A DNA stretch of 24,000 nucleotides from Pseudomonadota bacterium (GCA_040758295.1 JBFLVZ010000011.1:13917-37916); one strand, 5' to 3'. Counted from the stretch's first letter, positions 10,490 to 21,073 are shown. A program made the numbers and translations. The notes: a model not told the origin generated them from the letters alone.

Positions 10490-11383
10490 TTACCCCGCTT
10501 CCATGCCCTCCGCGGGATGGATACGCGATACCCGCAGGCGGTGCAGGCGGCGGCTGTCGGCGCTGACCACGCGGAACTCGAAGCCATCCAGCACGATGCG
10601 CTCGTCCTTCTGCGGCAGGTGGCCGAGGGTGTGGGTGACCAGTCCGCCGACGGTGTCGAAGTCCTCGTCGGGCAGGTTTGCGCCTACCTGTTCGTTGAAC
10701 TCGCCAATCGGCGTTAGGGCATGGACGATGTAGCGGTCGCTGCCGGCAGCGCGGATGTGGACATCCTCCTCCACATCGTACTCGTCCTCAATGTTGCCGA
10801 CGATCTGCTCGAGGATGTCCTCGATGGTGATCAGCCCGGCCACACCGCCGTACTCGTCGATGACCACAGTCATGTGGTTGCGCGAGGCGCGCAGCTCGGC
10901 CAGCAGGGCATCCACGCGCTTGCTCTCCGGCACGAACAGCACCGGGCGGAGGTGGGCGGCGATGTCGAACGGGGCCTGGCCCTCGCCGTTCCCCTCGCCG
11001 TTGGCCCCCAGCGGGATGGCGTGCAGCAGGTCCTTGACCAGCAGGATGCCCACCACCTCGTCGCGGTCCTCGCCGATCACCGGATAGCGCGAGTGGCCCG
11101 AGGCCAGCACCTGGCGCAGGATGTCCTCGAAGGGGGCGTCCAGGGCGACCACGTCCATCTGGCCGCGGGGGATCATGATGTCGCGGGCGCGCAGGTCGTG
11201 CAGTTCGAGCACGCCCTCCATCATGGCGAGCGCGGTGGAGTCGAGCAGGCCGCGCTCCTGCGCGGTTTCGAGGGTCTCGATCAGGTCTTCCCGGTTGCGG
11301 GGTTCGCCGCCGAGCAGCTGGGCGATGCGGTCAAGCCAACTTCGGGGCTGGCCTGCGTGTTCGCTGGGTGAGGAATCGTCCAT
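10490..11383 (-). CDS. corC: CorC/YbeX family Mg/Co efflux-associated protein (CBS pair plus CorC_HlyC domain)
   Basis: 297 aa. GEPRNREDL N-terminal motif, a CBS pair (ARDIMIPRGQMDVV..., HSRYPVIGEDRDEVVGILLVKDLL), and a C-terminal transporter-associated domain (GEFNEQVGANLPDEDFDTVGGLV...FEFRVVSADSRRLHRLRV). Conserved position. Confidence 0.92.
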   Translation of the reverse strand: MDDSSPSEHAGQPRSWLDRIAQLLGGEPRNREDLIETLETAQERGLLDSTALAMMEGVLELHDLRARDIMIPRGQMDVVALDAPFEDILRQVLASGHSRYPVIGEDRDEVVGILLVKDLLHAIPLGANGEGNGEGQAPFDIAAHLRPVLFVPESKRVDALLAELRASRNHMTVVIDEYGGVAGLITIEDILEQIVGNIEDEYDVEEDVHIRAAGSDRYIVHALTPIGEFNEQVGANLPDEDFDTVGGLVTHTLGHLPQKDERIVLDGFEFRVVSADSRRLHRLRVSRIHPAEGMEAG

Positions 11384-11838
11384 TAGTCGTCAATGGGTTG
11401 GTAGGGGTCGGGGTAGCCGAGTCTGGCGAGGATGTGTGTCTCCAGCGTTTCCATCTCCACCGCCTCCTCCTCGGTCTCATGATCGTAGCCCAGAAGATGC
11501 AGCACGCCATGCACGGTGAGGTGGGCGTAATGGGCCTCGAGCGGCTTGCCCTGCTCGGCGGCCTCGCGCGCGACCACCTCCGGGCAGATGACGATGTCGC
11601 CGATGTACGGGATGCCGCTCTCCAGCGGGAATTCGAGCGGGAAGGACAGCACGTTGGTGGCGTAGGCCTTGCCGCGGTACTGCTGGTTGAGGGAGGCCAT
11701 CTCGGCGGCGTCGGTCAGGCGCAGGGTCAGGCCGGTGGCGCGCTCGCCGAGGGCTTCGCGCACCCAGCGGGTGAAGGAGGTCTCGTCGGGCAGGCCGACG
11801 GGGCCCGCCTCGGGGTACTGGATTTCGAGATCAAGCAT
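11383..11838 (-). CDS. ybeY: Endoribonuclease YbeY (16S rRNA maturation factor)
   Basis: Zinc-binding motif HLTVHGVLHLLGYDH. I prefer the ATG at 11838 (MLDLEIQYPE..., GAGAAGG upstream, 8-nt overlap with the ybeZ stop) over the track start at 11856. Its stop shares one nt with the corC start (TAATG). Confidence 0.9.
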   Translation of the reverse strand: MLDLEIQYPEAGPVGLPDETSFTRWVREALGERATGLTLRLTDAAEMASLNQQYRGKAYATNVLSFPLEFPLESGIPYIGDIVICPEVVAREAAEQGKPLEAHYAHLTVHGVLHLLGYDHETEEEAVEMETLETHILARLGYPDPYQPIDD

Positions 11839-12808
11839 GGATGTCAGCCTTCTCATAGGCCGCGACGATGCGCTTGACCAGCGGGTGACGGACCACGTCG
11901 CGGGCCTGGAAGAAGGTGAAGCTCACCCCGTCCACGTCCTTGAGGATCTCGATCACGTGGCGCAGGCCGGAGGTCTGCGCGCGCGGCAGGTCGATCTGGG
12001 TCACGTCGCCGGTCACCACCGCGCGCGAGCCGAAGCCGATGCGGGTGAGGAACATCTTCATCTGCTCGACCGTGGTGTTCTGCGCCTCGTCGAGGATGAT
12101 GAACGCCTCGTTCAGGGTGCGGCCGCGCATGAAGGCCAGCGGCGCGACCTCGATCACGTTGCGTTCGATGTATTTCGCCACCCGCTCGAAACCGAACATC
12201 TCGTACAGGGCGTCGTACATCGGTCTCAGGTAGGGGTCGATCTTCTGCGCCATGTCGCCGGGCAGGAACCCGAGCCGCTCGCCGGCCTCGACCGCCGGGC
12301 GCACCAGCACGATGCGGCGCACCTCCTCCTTCTCCAGCGCCTCGACCGCCGAGGCCACCGCAAGATAGGTCTTGCCGGTGCCGGCCGGGCCGATGCCGAA
12401 GGAGAGGTCATGGGTGCGGATGTCGCGCAGGTAGCGCACCTGGTTGGTGCCGCGCCCGCGGATGAGGCTGCGCGGGGTGCGGATGCTGACCTCTTCGGGC
12501 AGGTCCTCTTCCGGGGCAGCCTCGGCCTCGTCGCCGAAGCCGCTCTCGACCAGGGCGAGATGCACGGCGCCGGAGTTGAGTACGGCCTGTTCGGTCTGGG
12601 CGTAGAGGTCGTTTAGCAACTTGACGGCGGTGACGGCCGCATCCTCCGGGCCGATGACTTGAAACTGGAAGCCGCGGTTGTTGATCTCCACGCCCAGGCG
12701 GCGCTCGATCATGCGCAGGTGACCATCGAGCTGGCCGCAGAGGTTGGCGAGGCGGGTGTTGTCCTCGGGGGCGAGGAGGAAGGATCGGGTCTGTAGCTGA
12801 GTGCTCAA
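11831..12808 (-). CDS. ybeZ: PhoH-like ATPase YbeZ
   Basis: 325 aa. Walker A motif GPAGTGKTYLAV, plus IVLVRPAVEAGERLGFLPGD and FIILDEAQNTT. The N-terminus (EDNTRLANLCGQLDGHLRMIERRLGVEINNRG) is colinear with E. coli YbeZ. Confidence 0.93.
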   Translation of the reverse strand: MSTQLQTRSFLLAPEDNTRLANLCGQLDGHLRMIERRLGVEINNRGFQFQVIGPEDAAVTAVKLLNDLYAQTEQAVLNSGAVHLALVESGFGDEAEAAPEEDLPEEVSIRTPRSLIRGRGTNQVRYLRDIRTHDLSFGIGPAGTGKTYLAVASAVEALEKEEVRRIVLVRPAVEAGERLGFLPGDMAQKIDPYLRPMYDALYEMFGFERVAKYIERNVIEVAPLAFMRGRTLNEAFIILDEAQNTTVEQMKMFLTRIGFGSRAVVTGDVTQIDLPRAQTSGLRHVIEILKDVDGVSFTFFQARDVVRHPLVKRIVAAYEKADIHA

Positions 12809-12880
12809 GTTCGGGAGTGGTGCGAGAGAATAACCACGATCATGGGCCGGGGTGGGGGAAATTTCAACCGGGGGGCTGGG

Positions 12881-12939
12881 GTAGGAGGCCCGCCCCCGGG
12901 CCGATTACGCATCGGCTCGCGACGGGGCGTCGCTCCTAC
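12881..12939. repeat. REP-like palindromic element, family 2 (GTAGGAGGCCCGCCCCCGGGCCGAT-TACGC-ATCGGCTCGCGACGGGGCGTCGCTCCTAC)
   Basis: Located in the miaB-ybeZ spacer. Outer arms are GTAGGAG / CTCCTAC, the inner stem is CCGAT / ATCGG, and the arms between are imperfect and GC-rich. The right arm overlaps the miaB stop codon (12936-12938). Confidence 0.65.
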
Positions 12940-14288
12940 ACGACCTCCCCGCGCAGGGAGTTGGGCAGCACCTCGGTGATGCGCACGTCGATCATCTGCC
13001 CGATCAGGCGCGCGCCGCCCTTGAAGTTGACCACCCGGTTGTTCTCGGTGCGTCCCATCAGCTCGTCGGGGTCCTTCCGGGAGGGGCCCTCGACCAGGAT
13101 ACGCTGGACGGTGCCGAGCATCGCCTCGCTGATCGCGCGGGCCTGGCTGTTGATCAGCTCCTGCAGGCGGTAGAGGCGCTCCTTCTTGGCCTCCAGCGGG
13201 GTGTCGTCCGGCAGGCTCGCCGCCGGGGTGCCGGGGCGGGCGCTGTAGATGAAGCTGAACGACTGGTCGAAGCCGACATCGCGGATCAGCTTCATGGTGG
13301 CCTCGAAGTCGGCCTCGGTCTCGCCGGGGAAGCCGACGATGAAGTCGGAGGACAGGCAGATGTCCGGGCGCGCCTCGCGCAGCTTGCGGATCTTCGACTT
13401 GTACTCGATGGCAGTGTGGCCGCGCTTCATCGCCGCAAGCACCCGGTCGGAACCGGACTGCACCGGAAGGTGCAGGAAGCTCGCGAGCTTGGGCACGTTG
13501 CGGTAGGCCTCGATCAGCCGGTCGGTGAATTCGACCGGGTGCGAGGTGGTGAAGCGGATGCGCTCGATGCCGTCGATGGCGGCGACGAACTCGATCAGCA
13601 GCGCGAGATCGGCGATGCCGCCGTCGTGCATCGCGCCGCGGTAGGCGTTCACGTTCTGGCCGAGCAGGTTGATCTCGCGCACACCCTGCGCGGCGAGCTG
13701 GGCACACTCGGCCAGCACGTCGTCGAACGGGCGGGAGACCTCCTCGCCGCGGGTGTAGGGCACCACGCAGAAGGTGCAGTACTTGGAGCAGCCCTCCATG
13801 ATCGAGACGAAGGCGGTCGGGCCTTCCGCGCGCGGCTCGGGCAGACGATCGAACTTCTCGATCTCCGGGAAGGAGATGTCGACCACCGCGTGGCCTGAGC
13901 TGCGCACCTCGCGGATCATCTCCGGCAGGCGGTGCAGGGTCTGCGGACCGAACACCACATCGACGAACGGCGCGCGTTCACGCAGCGCCTCGCCCTCCTG
14001 GCTGGCCACGCAGCCGCCCACGCCGATCACAAGCTCAGGCTTCGCGCGCTTGAGCTCCTTCCACTGGCCGAGCTGGGAGAACACCTTCTCCTGCGCCTTC
14101 TCGCGGATGGAGCAGGTGTTGAGCAGGATCACGTCCGCCTCTTCCGGGGTTTGCGCCAGCTGCATGCCCTCGCAGGCATGCAGCACATCGCCCATCTTCT
14201 GGCTGTCGTATTCGTTCATCTGGCAGCCCCAGGTCTTGATGTAGACCTTCTTGGGCGCGGCGTGGGAGGCGGTTTGGTCGCGATTCAT
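12936..14288 (-). CDS. miaB: tRNA-2-methylthio-N6-dimethylallyladenosine synthase (radical SAM methylthiotransferase)
   Basis: 450 aa. N-terminal UPF0004 cysteines ([29 protein letters not shown]), a radical-SAM CxxxCxxC motif ([12 protein letters not shown]), and a C-terminal TRAM domain. Confidence 0.95.
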   Translation of the reverse strand: MNRDQTASHAAPKKVYIKTWGCQMNEYDSQKMGDVLHACEGMQLAQTPEEADVILLNTCSIREKAQEKVFSQLGQWKELKRAKPELVIGVGGCVASQEGEALRERAPFVDVVFGPQTLHRLPEMIREVRSSGHAVVDISFPEIEKFDRLPEPRAEGPTAFVSIMEGCSKYCTFCVVPYTRGEEVSRPFDDVLAECAQLAAQGVREINLLGQNVNAYRGAMHDGGIADLALLIEFVAAIDGIERIRFTTSHPVEFTDRLIEAYRNVPKLASFLHLPVQSGSDRVLAAMKRGHTAIEYKSKIRKLREARPDICLSSDFIVGFPGETEADFEATMKLIRDVGFDQSFSFIYSARPGTPAASLPDDTPLEAKKERLYRLQELINSQARAISEAMLGTVQRILVEGPSRKDPDELMGRTENNRVVNFKGGARLIGQMIDVRITEVLPNSLRGEVV

Positions 14289-14535
14289 GGAGGTTAACCA
14301 GTCGCAGTGGATGAAGGGGCGGCATTCTAAGCCCTTGATCCTGCAAAGGCCATGGGAGGGGTGGGTCTTGCTCAGACAGGAAGGGGCAGTCCGGTGTCCT
14401 CGTGGGTCTCCTCGAGTGCGAATCCGGCGGTGATTGGGGCCGTCGATGGTGGCGTTGGCAGAACTCGGCGCCTCGTGGATGCCCCGTGATGCGCCTTCTC
14501 AAGAGTAAGGCGCGATGGGCTCTAACCCGCGCATG

Positions 14536-14560
14536 CAAAAGGGCGGCCGAGGCCGCCCTT
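14536..14560 (-). terminator. Rho-independent terminator downstream of comEA
   Basis: The minus strand reads AAGGGCGGCC-TC-GGCCGCCCTTTTG. A GC stem of 8-10 bp is followed by a run of Ts, starting 18 nt after the comEA stop codon. Confidence 0.7.
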
Positions 14561-14578
14561 GATCCCGCGATGGTGACC

Positions 14579-14863
14579 TTACTTCTTCGCGCCGGCCGGC
14601 GCGCCCTTGACGGTCACCTCGGCCCTGATCTTTTCCAGCATCTTCGGCCCGATGCCCGCGACCTTCTCCAGGTCCTCGACCTTCTGGAACGGGCCGTTCT
14701 TGGCGCGGTAGTCGACAATGGCCTGCGCCTTGGCGGGGCCGATGCCGTTGATGGCTTCAAGCTGCGTGGCAGTGGCGCTGTTCAGATCGACCGGTTCGGC
14801 GGCGAAGGCCGCCAGCGGGCCGAGGGCAAGGGTAAGCACGAACGGGTGCATGAACTTCTTCAT
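14579..14863 (-). CDS. comEA: ComEA-family periplasmic helix-hairpin-helix DNA-binding protein
   Basis: Start chosen at ATG 14863 (AAGGAG 6 nt upstream). Signal peptide MKKFMHPFVLTLALGPLAAFA, then the HhH motifs VDLNSATATQLEAINGIGPAKAQAIVDYRAKNGPFQKVEDLEKVAGIGPKMLEKI. The track start at 14932 adds an implausible leader. Confidence 0.8.
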   Translation of the reverse strand: MKKFMHPFVLTLALGPLAAFAAEPVDLNSATATQLEAINGIGPAKAQAIVDYRAKNGPFQKVEDLEKVAGIGPKMLEKIRAEVTVKGAPAGAKK

Positions 14864-14967
14864 CCTGAACTCCTTGTTCATCAAACCGGCGACAGTGCCG
14901 GTACACCCTTGTTTAGATGGCGCACAAGCCATCCGCCATCAGAAAAATCCAAGAAGAGCTGAGATTT

Positions 14968-16806
<1,839 letters not shown>

Positions 16807-16826
16807 GATGGATTGCTATGAAATGA

Positions 16827-17024
16827 AAGGATTATGGTATCCGAAAGCCGGGCGGTCGTTCAGCCGAGGCTCAAATGGTCCTGGCGACACTGCTATACAA
16901 CCATCATCTGCCACAGAAAGCCTTGGGGCATGTCAGTCCCATCAAAGCAATGAAACAATGGCAGCAATCACGCCCTGAGCTGTTTCATAAGCGCGTCACC
17001 AATCAGGTGGGACACGACAACTAG
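16827..17024 (+). pseudogene. C-terminal fragment of a DDE transposase/integrase (IS481-like tail)
   Basis: My translation of this frame gives KDYGIRKPGGRSAEAQMVLATLLYNHHLPQKALGHVSPIKAMKQWQQSRPELFHKRVTNQVGHDN*. The LYNHxLPQxALG...P..AMK.W....PELF pattern is the end of an rve-type transposase. Only ~65 codons remain, and an in-frame stop lies immediately upstream. The family assignment is from memory. Confidence 0.5.
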
Positions 17025-18019
17025 CGATGCCTGCCGGGCCGGCTACCACAGAAATGCTTCACCTCCCACGCCCAGGCATGCTCGATGATGGTGCCCAAGG
17101 CATCGAACTTTGGCGTCCAGCCAAGATCACGACGCGCGGCGGTGGCATCTGCAACCAAACGAGCCGGATCGCCGGGCCGGCGTTCGCCGTACTGGATGGG
17201 GATGTTCAGGCCGGTCACTTCGCGCGCGGTGTCGATGACTTCCTTTACCGAGAACCCGCTGCCGTTGCCCAGGTTGTAGCGGGCGCTCTCGCCCGTTGCC
17301 ATCATGCGCTTGAGGCCGAGCAGGTGGGCCTCGCACAGATCCTGCACATGGATGTAATCGCGGATGCAGGTGCCGTCCGGCGTGTCGTAGTCCGTACCGA
17401 ACACCGTAATTGCTTCGCGTCGGCCGGAGGCGGCTTGGAGGATCAGCGGGATCAGGTGCGTTTCTGGATCGTGCCGTTCGCCGATCTCGCCCTCCGGATC
17501 CGCACCGGCGGCATTAAAGTAGCGTAGGACTGTGGATTTGAGGCCATAGGCCCGGTCGTAGTCTTCGAGGATCTGCTCCATCATCAGCTTGCTGCGCCCG
17601 TAGGGGTTGATCGGCTGCTGAGGGTGCGCTTCGTCCATCGGAGTGTTAACTGGCTCACCAAAGGTGGCAGCGGTGGACGAGAAAATGAAGTTCAGCACCC
17701 CGTGGCGCACCATCGCATCAAGCAGGTTCAGCGTGTTGGCCACGTTGTTGCGGTAGTACTTCGCAGGATCAGTCATCGACTCACCGACTAGGCTGAAGGC
17801 GGCGAAGTGCATCACCGCATCGAACCGGCTGGAGCTAAACAGTCTGTCCGGCAGCACGGAGTCCGCCATGTCACCCTGCACGAGTTCGCCGTAACGCACC
17901 GCATCCGCATAACCGGTGGTCAGGTTGTCCAGGGTGCTGACCTGGTGTCCGGCGCGAGCCAGCATCTTGACCATGTGCGAGCCGATATAGCCGGCCCCGC
18001 CGACAACGAGAATGTTCAT
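17021..18019 (-). CDS. galE: UDP-glucose 4-epimerase
   Basis: 332 aa. Rossmann motif MNILVVGGAGYIGSH, catalytic YGRSK (YxxxK), and colinear with GalE throughout. Confidence 0.92.
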   Translation of the reverse strand: MNILVVGGAGYIGSHMVKMLARAGHQVSTLDNLTTGYADAVRYGELVQGDMADSVLPDRLFSSSRFDAVMHFAAFSLVGESMTDPAKYYRNNVANTLNLLDAMVRHGVLNFIFSSTAATFGEPVNTPMDEAHPQQPINPYGRSKLMMEQILEDYDRAYGLKSTVLRYFNAAGADPEGEIGERHDPETHLIPLILQAASGRREAITVFGTDYDTPDGTCIRDYIHVQDLCEAHLLGLKRMMATGESARYNLGNGSGFSVKEVIDTAREVTGLNIPIQYGERRPGDPARLVADATAARRDLGWTPKFDALGTIIEHAWAWEVKHFCGSRPGRHR

Positions 18020-18130
18020 CTGTTCCTATGTGCTTGAAAAAAGGCCGCGTTATTGCGCCTGAAGGCCAAAACCATTCATGTTCACCTTGCATGGATTGAA
18101 CCGCCCCGGGTTTCGTGGAGGCCATTTGGT

Positions 18131-19045
18131 TCAAGCACAGGCCGCTGATTCGGCCTGCTTGGCGAGTTGCCGGTAGTAGTTTGCCTCAGCCTCGGCGGGC
18201 GGGATATACCCTATGGGTTCAAGCAGCCGGTGGTGGTTGAACCACGCCACCCATTCCAGCGTCGCCAGTTCCACCGCTTCCCGCGTCTTCCACGGCCCGC
18301 GCCGGTGGATCAGCTCCGCCTTGTACAGCCCGTTGATCGTCTCGGCGAGCGCGTTGTCGTAGCTATCGCCCTTGCTTCCCACGGAGGGTTCGACCCCCGC
18401 CTCCATCAGGCGCTCGCTGTAGCGGATGCTGAGGTACTGCGAGCCGCGGTCGGAGTGATGCACGAGACTCCCGTCGCGCTCCGGCTGGCGGGCATAGAGC
18501 GCCTGCTCCAGTGCGTCCAGCACGAAATCGGTCGTCATCGATCGGCTCACCCGCCAGCCGACGATGCGTCGGGCAAACACATCGATCACGAACGCCACAT
18601 ACAGCCAGCCCTGCCAGGTCGAGACGTAGGTGAAGTCCGAGACCCAAAGCTGATTCGGGCGCTCCGCCCTGAATTGCCGGTTGACCCGATCCAGCGGACA
18701 CGGCTGTTGGGGATCGGGCACCGTCGTGCGCACGGCTTTGCCGCGCACCGCGCCGGAGAGACCCAGACGACGCATCAGCCGCTCGACCGTGCAGCGCGCG
18801 ACCTGGGTGCCTTCGCGCTGCATCTGCCGCCAGACCTTGTCCGCCCCGTAGACCGACAGATTGGCTTGCCAGACGCGTTCGATCTCGGGTATCAACCCAT
18901 CGTCGCGTTGCGCACGCGCACAGCGCAGCGCGGGATCGCGCTGGCGCGCCGCATGACTCCGATAGCCCGACGGGGCAATCTGCAAGACTTTGCAGATCGG
19001 CTCGACCCCGAAGGACGCGCGATGCGCGTCAACAAAGGCGTTCAT
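18131..19045 (-). CDS. IS3-family transposase OrfB (DDE integrase core), in the -1 frame relative to orfA
   Basis: 304 aa with an rve-type DDE core (WVSDFTYV..., HHSDRGSQY..., [15 protein letters not shown]). Its ATG overlaps the orfA stop (ATGA at 19042-19045). The -1 frame stays open upstream of the ATG, consistent with an OrfAB frameshift fusion. Confidence 0.9.
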   Translation of the reverse strand: MNAFVDAHRASFGVEPICKVLQIAPSGYRSHAARQRDPALRCARAQRDDGLIPEIERVWQANLSVYGADKVWRQMQREGTQVARCTVERLMRRLGLSGAVRGKAVRTTVPDPQQPCPLDRVNRQFRAERPNQLWVSDFTYVSTWQGWLYVAFVIDVFARRIVGWRVSRSMTTDFVLDALEQALYARQPERDGSLVHHSDRGSQYLSIRYSERLMEAGVEPSVGSKGDSYDNALAETINGLYKAELIHRRGPWKTREAVELATLEWVAWFNHHRLLEPIGYIPPAEAEANYYRQLAKQAESAACA

Positions 19046-19374
19046 GATTTGAGTCGGCGGTCGAGCTCCGCCTGGGCGAAAAACGCGCTCGCCAGCTTGA
19101 GTATCTCGTTCGCCCGGCGCAATTCCTTGACCTCGCGCTCCAGCGCCTTGATGCGCTCGCGCTCTTCGCTGGTGACGCCATCGCGCTGGCCGGTGTCGAC
19201 CTCATGCCGTTTGACCCATTCATGCAGGGTGTGCGGTGAGCAGCCGATCTTGGGGGCGATGGACGCCACCGCCGCCCACGGTGAGGCGTACTCGCCTCGG
19301 TGTTCCTGCACCATGCGCACGGCGCGTTCACGGACTTCAGGGGAATACTTGATTGGCTTGGGTTTCTTCATCAT
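19042..19374 (-). CDS. IS3-family transposase OrfA (HTH / leucine-zipper part)
   Basis: 110 aa: ...[53 protein letters not shown]...[36 protein letters not shown]. This closely follows the IS629/IS3411 OrfA pattern. Confidence 0.9.
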   Translation of the reverse strand: MMKKPKPIKYSPEVRERAVRMVQEHRGEYASPWAAVASIAPKIGCSPHTLHEWVKRHEVDTGQRDGVTSEERERIKALEREVKELRRANEILKLASAFFAQAELDRRLKS

Positions 19375-19450
19375 GGCTCCATTCTCTTTGGAAAAAGAGC
19401 CTCCTCAAAATCCGGGGCGCTTCACACAGTTGCTGCTAGACAGAGCAGGT

Positions 19451-20860
19451 TCAATAGGCATTCTTGTTGATGAAACCCTTGAAGATCGTCAGGAAGATGA
19501 TCTTCAGATCGAACCACAGCGACCAGTGCTCGATGTAGTACAGGTCGTATTCCACCCGTTTCTTCATCTTCTCGAGCGTGTCCGTCTCACCACGGTAGCC
19601 ATTCACCTGAGCCCAGCCTGTAATACCCGGCTTGACCTTGTGGCGCTTCATGTAGTCATCGATCAGATCCTTGTACTTCTCATTGTGTGCGACCGCATGA
19701 GGGCGCGGCCCCACGATCGACATACGCCCCTGCAGCACGTTAATAAGCTGCGGTAGCTCATCCAGACTGGTGCGGCGCAAGAATGCGCCGATAGGTGTAA
19801 TCCGGGGGTCTCCCTTGCGGGCTTGGGTTACCTGTCCGGCATCCTCGGTATGAACAACCATCGAGCGGAATTTGTAGATCGTGATTTCTCTTCCATCCCA
19901 GCCATGCCTTTTCTGCTTGAAAAGCACCGGCCCAGAAGATGAAAGCTTCACCGCCAGGGCAATGCTCAGGAAAATAGGGCTGAAAATGATCAGGATCAAG
20001 CAACCAAGAACCCAATCTTCCACGCCCTTCACCAGCCTATTCATGCCCGTCATGGGCGTGGTTGAGAGATCCAGCATCGGTATGCCGGCGACCTCGCTGA
20101 CCCCATGGTTGAGCAGTCGGAAGGCGAAGATGTCCGGCACATAGCGGATGTCGGCGGTGCTGTGGCGAAGCAGGTGCAGCGCATCCCGCACCCGAGCCTC
20201 GTCCCTCAGGGGCAAGGTAATCCATACCTCGGCTACGTCATGCTCGCGCAGATAGCCATCAAGCCCAGCCAAATCGTGATGAAGAGGAATGCCTTCAAAT
20301 GTCACGCTCGACGAGGGCTTGTCATCGAATACGGCGACAACATCAAAGCCAGTCCAGTCTAATGATTTTACTCGGCGTAGCAGTTCCCGACCTGCCTCGG
20401 CTTGACCGATCATGACGACGCGCTTCTGGTTTTTACCATGCAGGTGGAACCAGCGAAGAAGGCTATACAGCGCGAGCCGTTCAGTTAGCAAAAAAACACC
20501 CGACAATAGAGCCCAGGTGCTGAGCCATAGGCGTGAATAAGTGTCTGATAATTTGAGGAAAAACAGAAGTAGGATCAGGGTCGCTACCACAGATGCCCAG
20601 CCAATCAACACGCGGCCGAACATGTCGGCCAGATTGGTGCCACGCCAGGATCGGTAAATTCCCATCCCGCTGAAAATCACCAGCAGCAGAAGGACACTAG
20701 TCAGAATCAGCAGAGCATAACGCGAGGGCATGGGGAACCCCGCCACGCCGAAGCGCCACAGGTAGGCGAGGGCGCCAGCAAGGCCAATGAAGATAGCATC
20801 CCCAAACTTTATGAAAAGAGCTGGAAAATCGTGCTCGATGTGCGAAGGACGGCCTGTCAT
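19451..20860 (-). CDS. wcaJ: Undecaprenyl-phosphate hexose-1-phosphate transferase (WcaJ/WbaP-type initiating polyprenyl glycosylphosphotransferase)
   Basis: 469 aa. An N-terminal multi-TM region is followed by a C-terminal bacterial sugar-transferase domain that is nearly colinear with E. coli WcaJ: [122 protein letters not shown] content is visibly lower than in the neighbouring genes. Confidence 0.9.
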   Translation of the reverse strand: MTGRPSHIEHDFPALFIKFGDAIFIGLAGALAYLWRFGVAGFPMPSRYALLILTSVLLLLVIFSGMGIYRSWRGTNLADMFGRVLIGWASVVATLILLLFFLKLSDTYSRLWLSTWALLSGVFLLTERLALYSLLRWFHLHGKNQKRVVMIGQAEAGRELLRRVKSLDWTGFDVVAVFDDKPSSSVTFEGIPLHHDLAGLDGYLREHDVAEVWITLPLRDEARVRDALHLLRHSTADIRYVPDIFAFRLLNHGVSEVAGIPMLDLSTTPMTGMNRLVKGVEDWVLGCLILIIFSPIFLSIALAVKLSSSGPVLFKQKRHGWDGREITIYKFRSMVVHTEDAGQVTQARKGDPRITPIGAFLRRTSLDELPQLINVLQGRMSIVGPRPHAVAHNEKYKDLIDDYMKRHKVKPGITGWAQVNGYRGETDTLEKMKKRVEYDLYYIEHWSLWFDLKIIFLTIFKGFINKNAY

Positions 20861-20888
20861 GTGCTGGTTTACGATATTTTATGGGGTT

Positions 20889-21073
20889 CTACCCCGTTTT
20901 CACGGACGGTTGTAAAAGGCTCAAGAACGTCTGATCCTGCTGTGCGACTCTACGCCGCATCCGAGGGTTGTGGAATCGCTCGATGTAATCAAAAACATCG
21001 GATCGGGCGGCGTCCATGGTTCGATAGATGTTGTATCTCGGATGATTCACCAATTGGTCGTCGACGTGGTTTA
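20889..21073 (-). pseudogene. Decayed C-terminal remnant of an IS3-family orfB, split by the IS5-family insertion; the other piece is at about 22399-22458
   Basis: The minus frame gives ...NHVDDQLVNHPRYNIYRTMDAARSDVFDYIERFHNPRMRRRV..., matching the IS3 OrfB tail pattern (LKxELVxHxRYxTRxEAxxDVFDYIExFYNxxRRH). Removing the IS5-like element and one TA copy rejoins it in frame to SNSGHCPHRNGVRIELL, which corresponds to the (S)RKGNCYDNAVxESFF motif. The 134-aa track ORF (20889-21293) is a read-through into the IS5 end, not a real gene. Confidence 0.6.

Larger units (their letters stand above)
18097..19424 (-). mobile_element. Intact IS3-family insertion sequence (IS51 group, IS629-like), 1328 bp
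   Basis: Terminal inverted repeats are TGAACCGCCCCGGGTTTCGTGGAGGCC (18097-18123) and, read inward on the minus strand, TGAAGCGCCCCGGATTTTGAGGAGGCT (19424-19398); 22 of 27 positions match. They enclose orfA and orfB. The TGAACCGCCCCGGG terminus resembles IS629, from memory. Confidence 0.85.

Noticed and set aside
11839-11856. Longer ybeY start at 11856 (MRRLTSMLDLE...).
   Set aside because: It has no RBS and adds a 26-nt overlap with ybeZ. The internal ATG at 11838 has GAGAAGG upstream and gives an N-terminus (MLDLEIQ...) like other YbeY proteins. This call remains uncertain without experimental data.
14415-14430. GCGAATCC, which resembles a tRNA T-loop, in the 290-bp miaB-comEA spacer.
   Set aside because: The flanking bases cannot form a T-stem or an acceptor stem, and no cloverleaf can be drawn. 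This is probably just the miaB promoter/leader region.
14864-14967. The attTn7 position downstream of the glmS stop, a preferred landing site for Tn7-like and CRISPR-associated transposons.
   Set aside because: Only ~104 bp separate glmS from comEA. There are no Tn7-type end repeats or cargo, so the site appears empty. It holds just two weak hairpins: CCGGC-N6-GCCGG at 14886-14901 and GATGGCG-N11-CGCCATC at 14916-14940.
18020-18096. GGCC...GGCC followed by TTTTTT (minus strand) upstream of galE, considered as a terminator cut off by the IS.
   Set aside because: The stem is only about 4 bp with poor internal pairing, which is not convincing.
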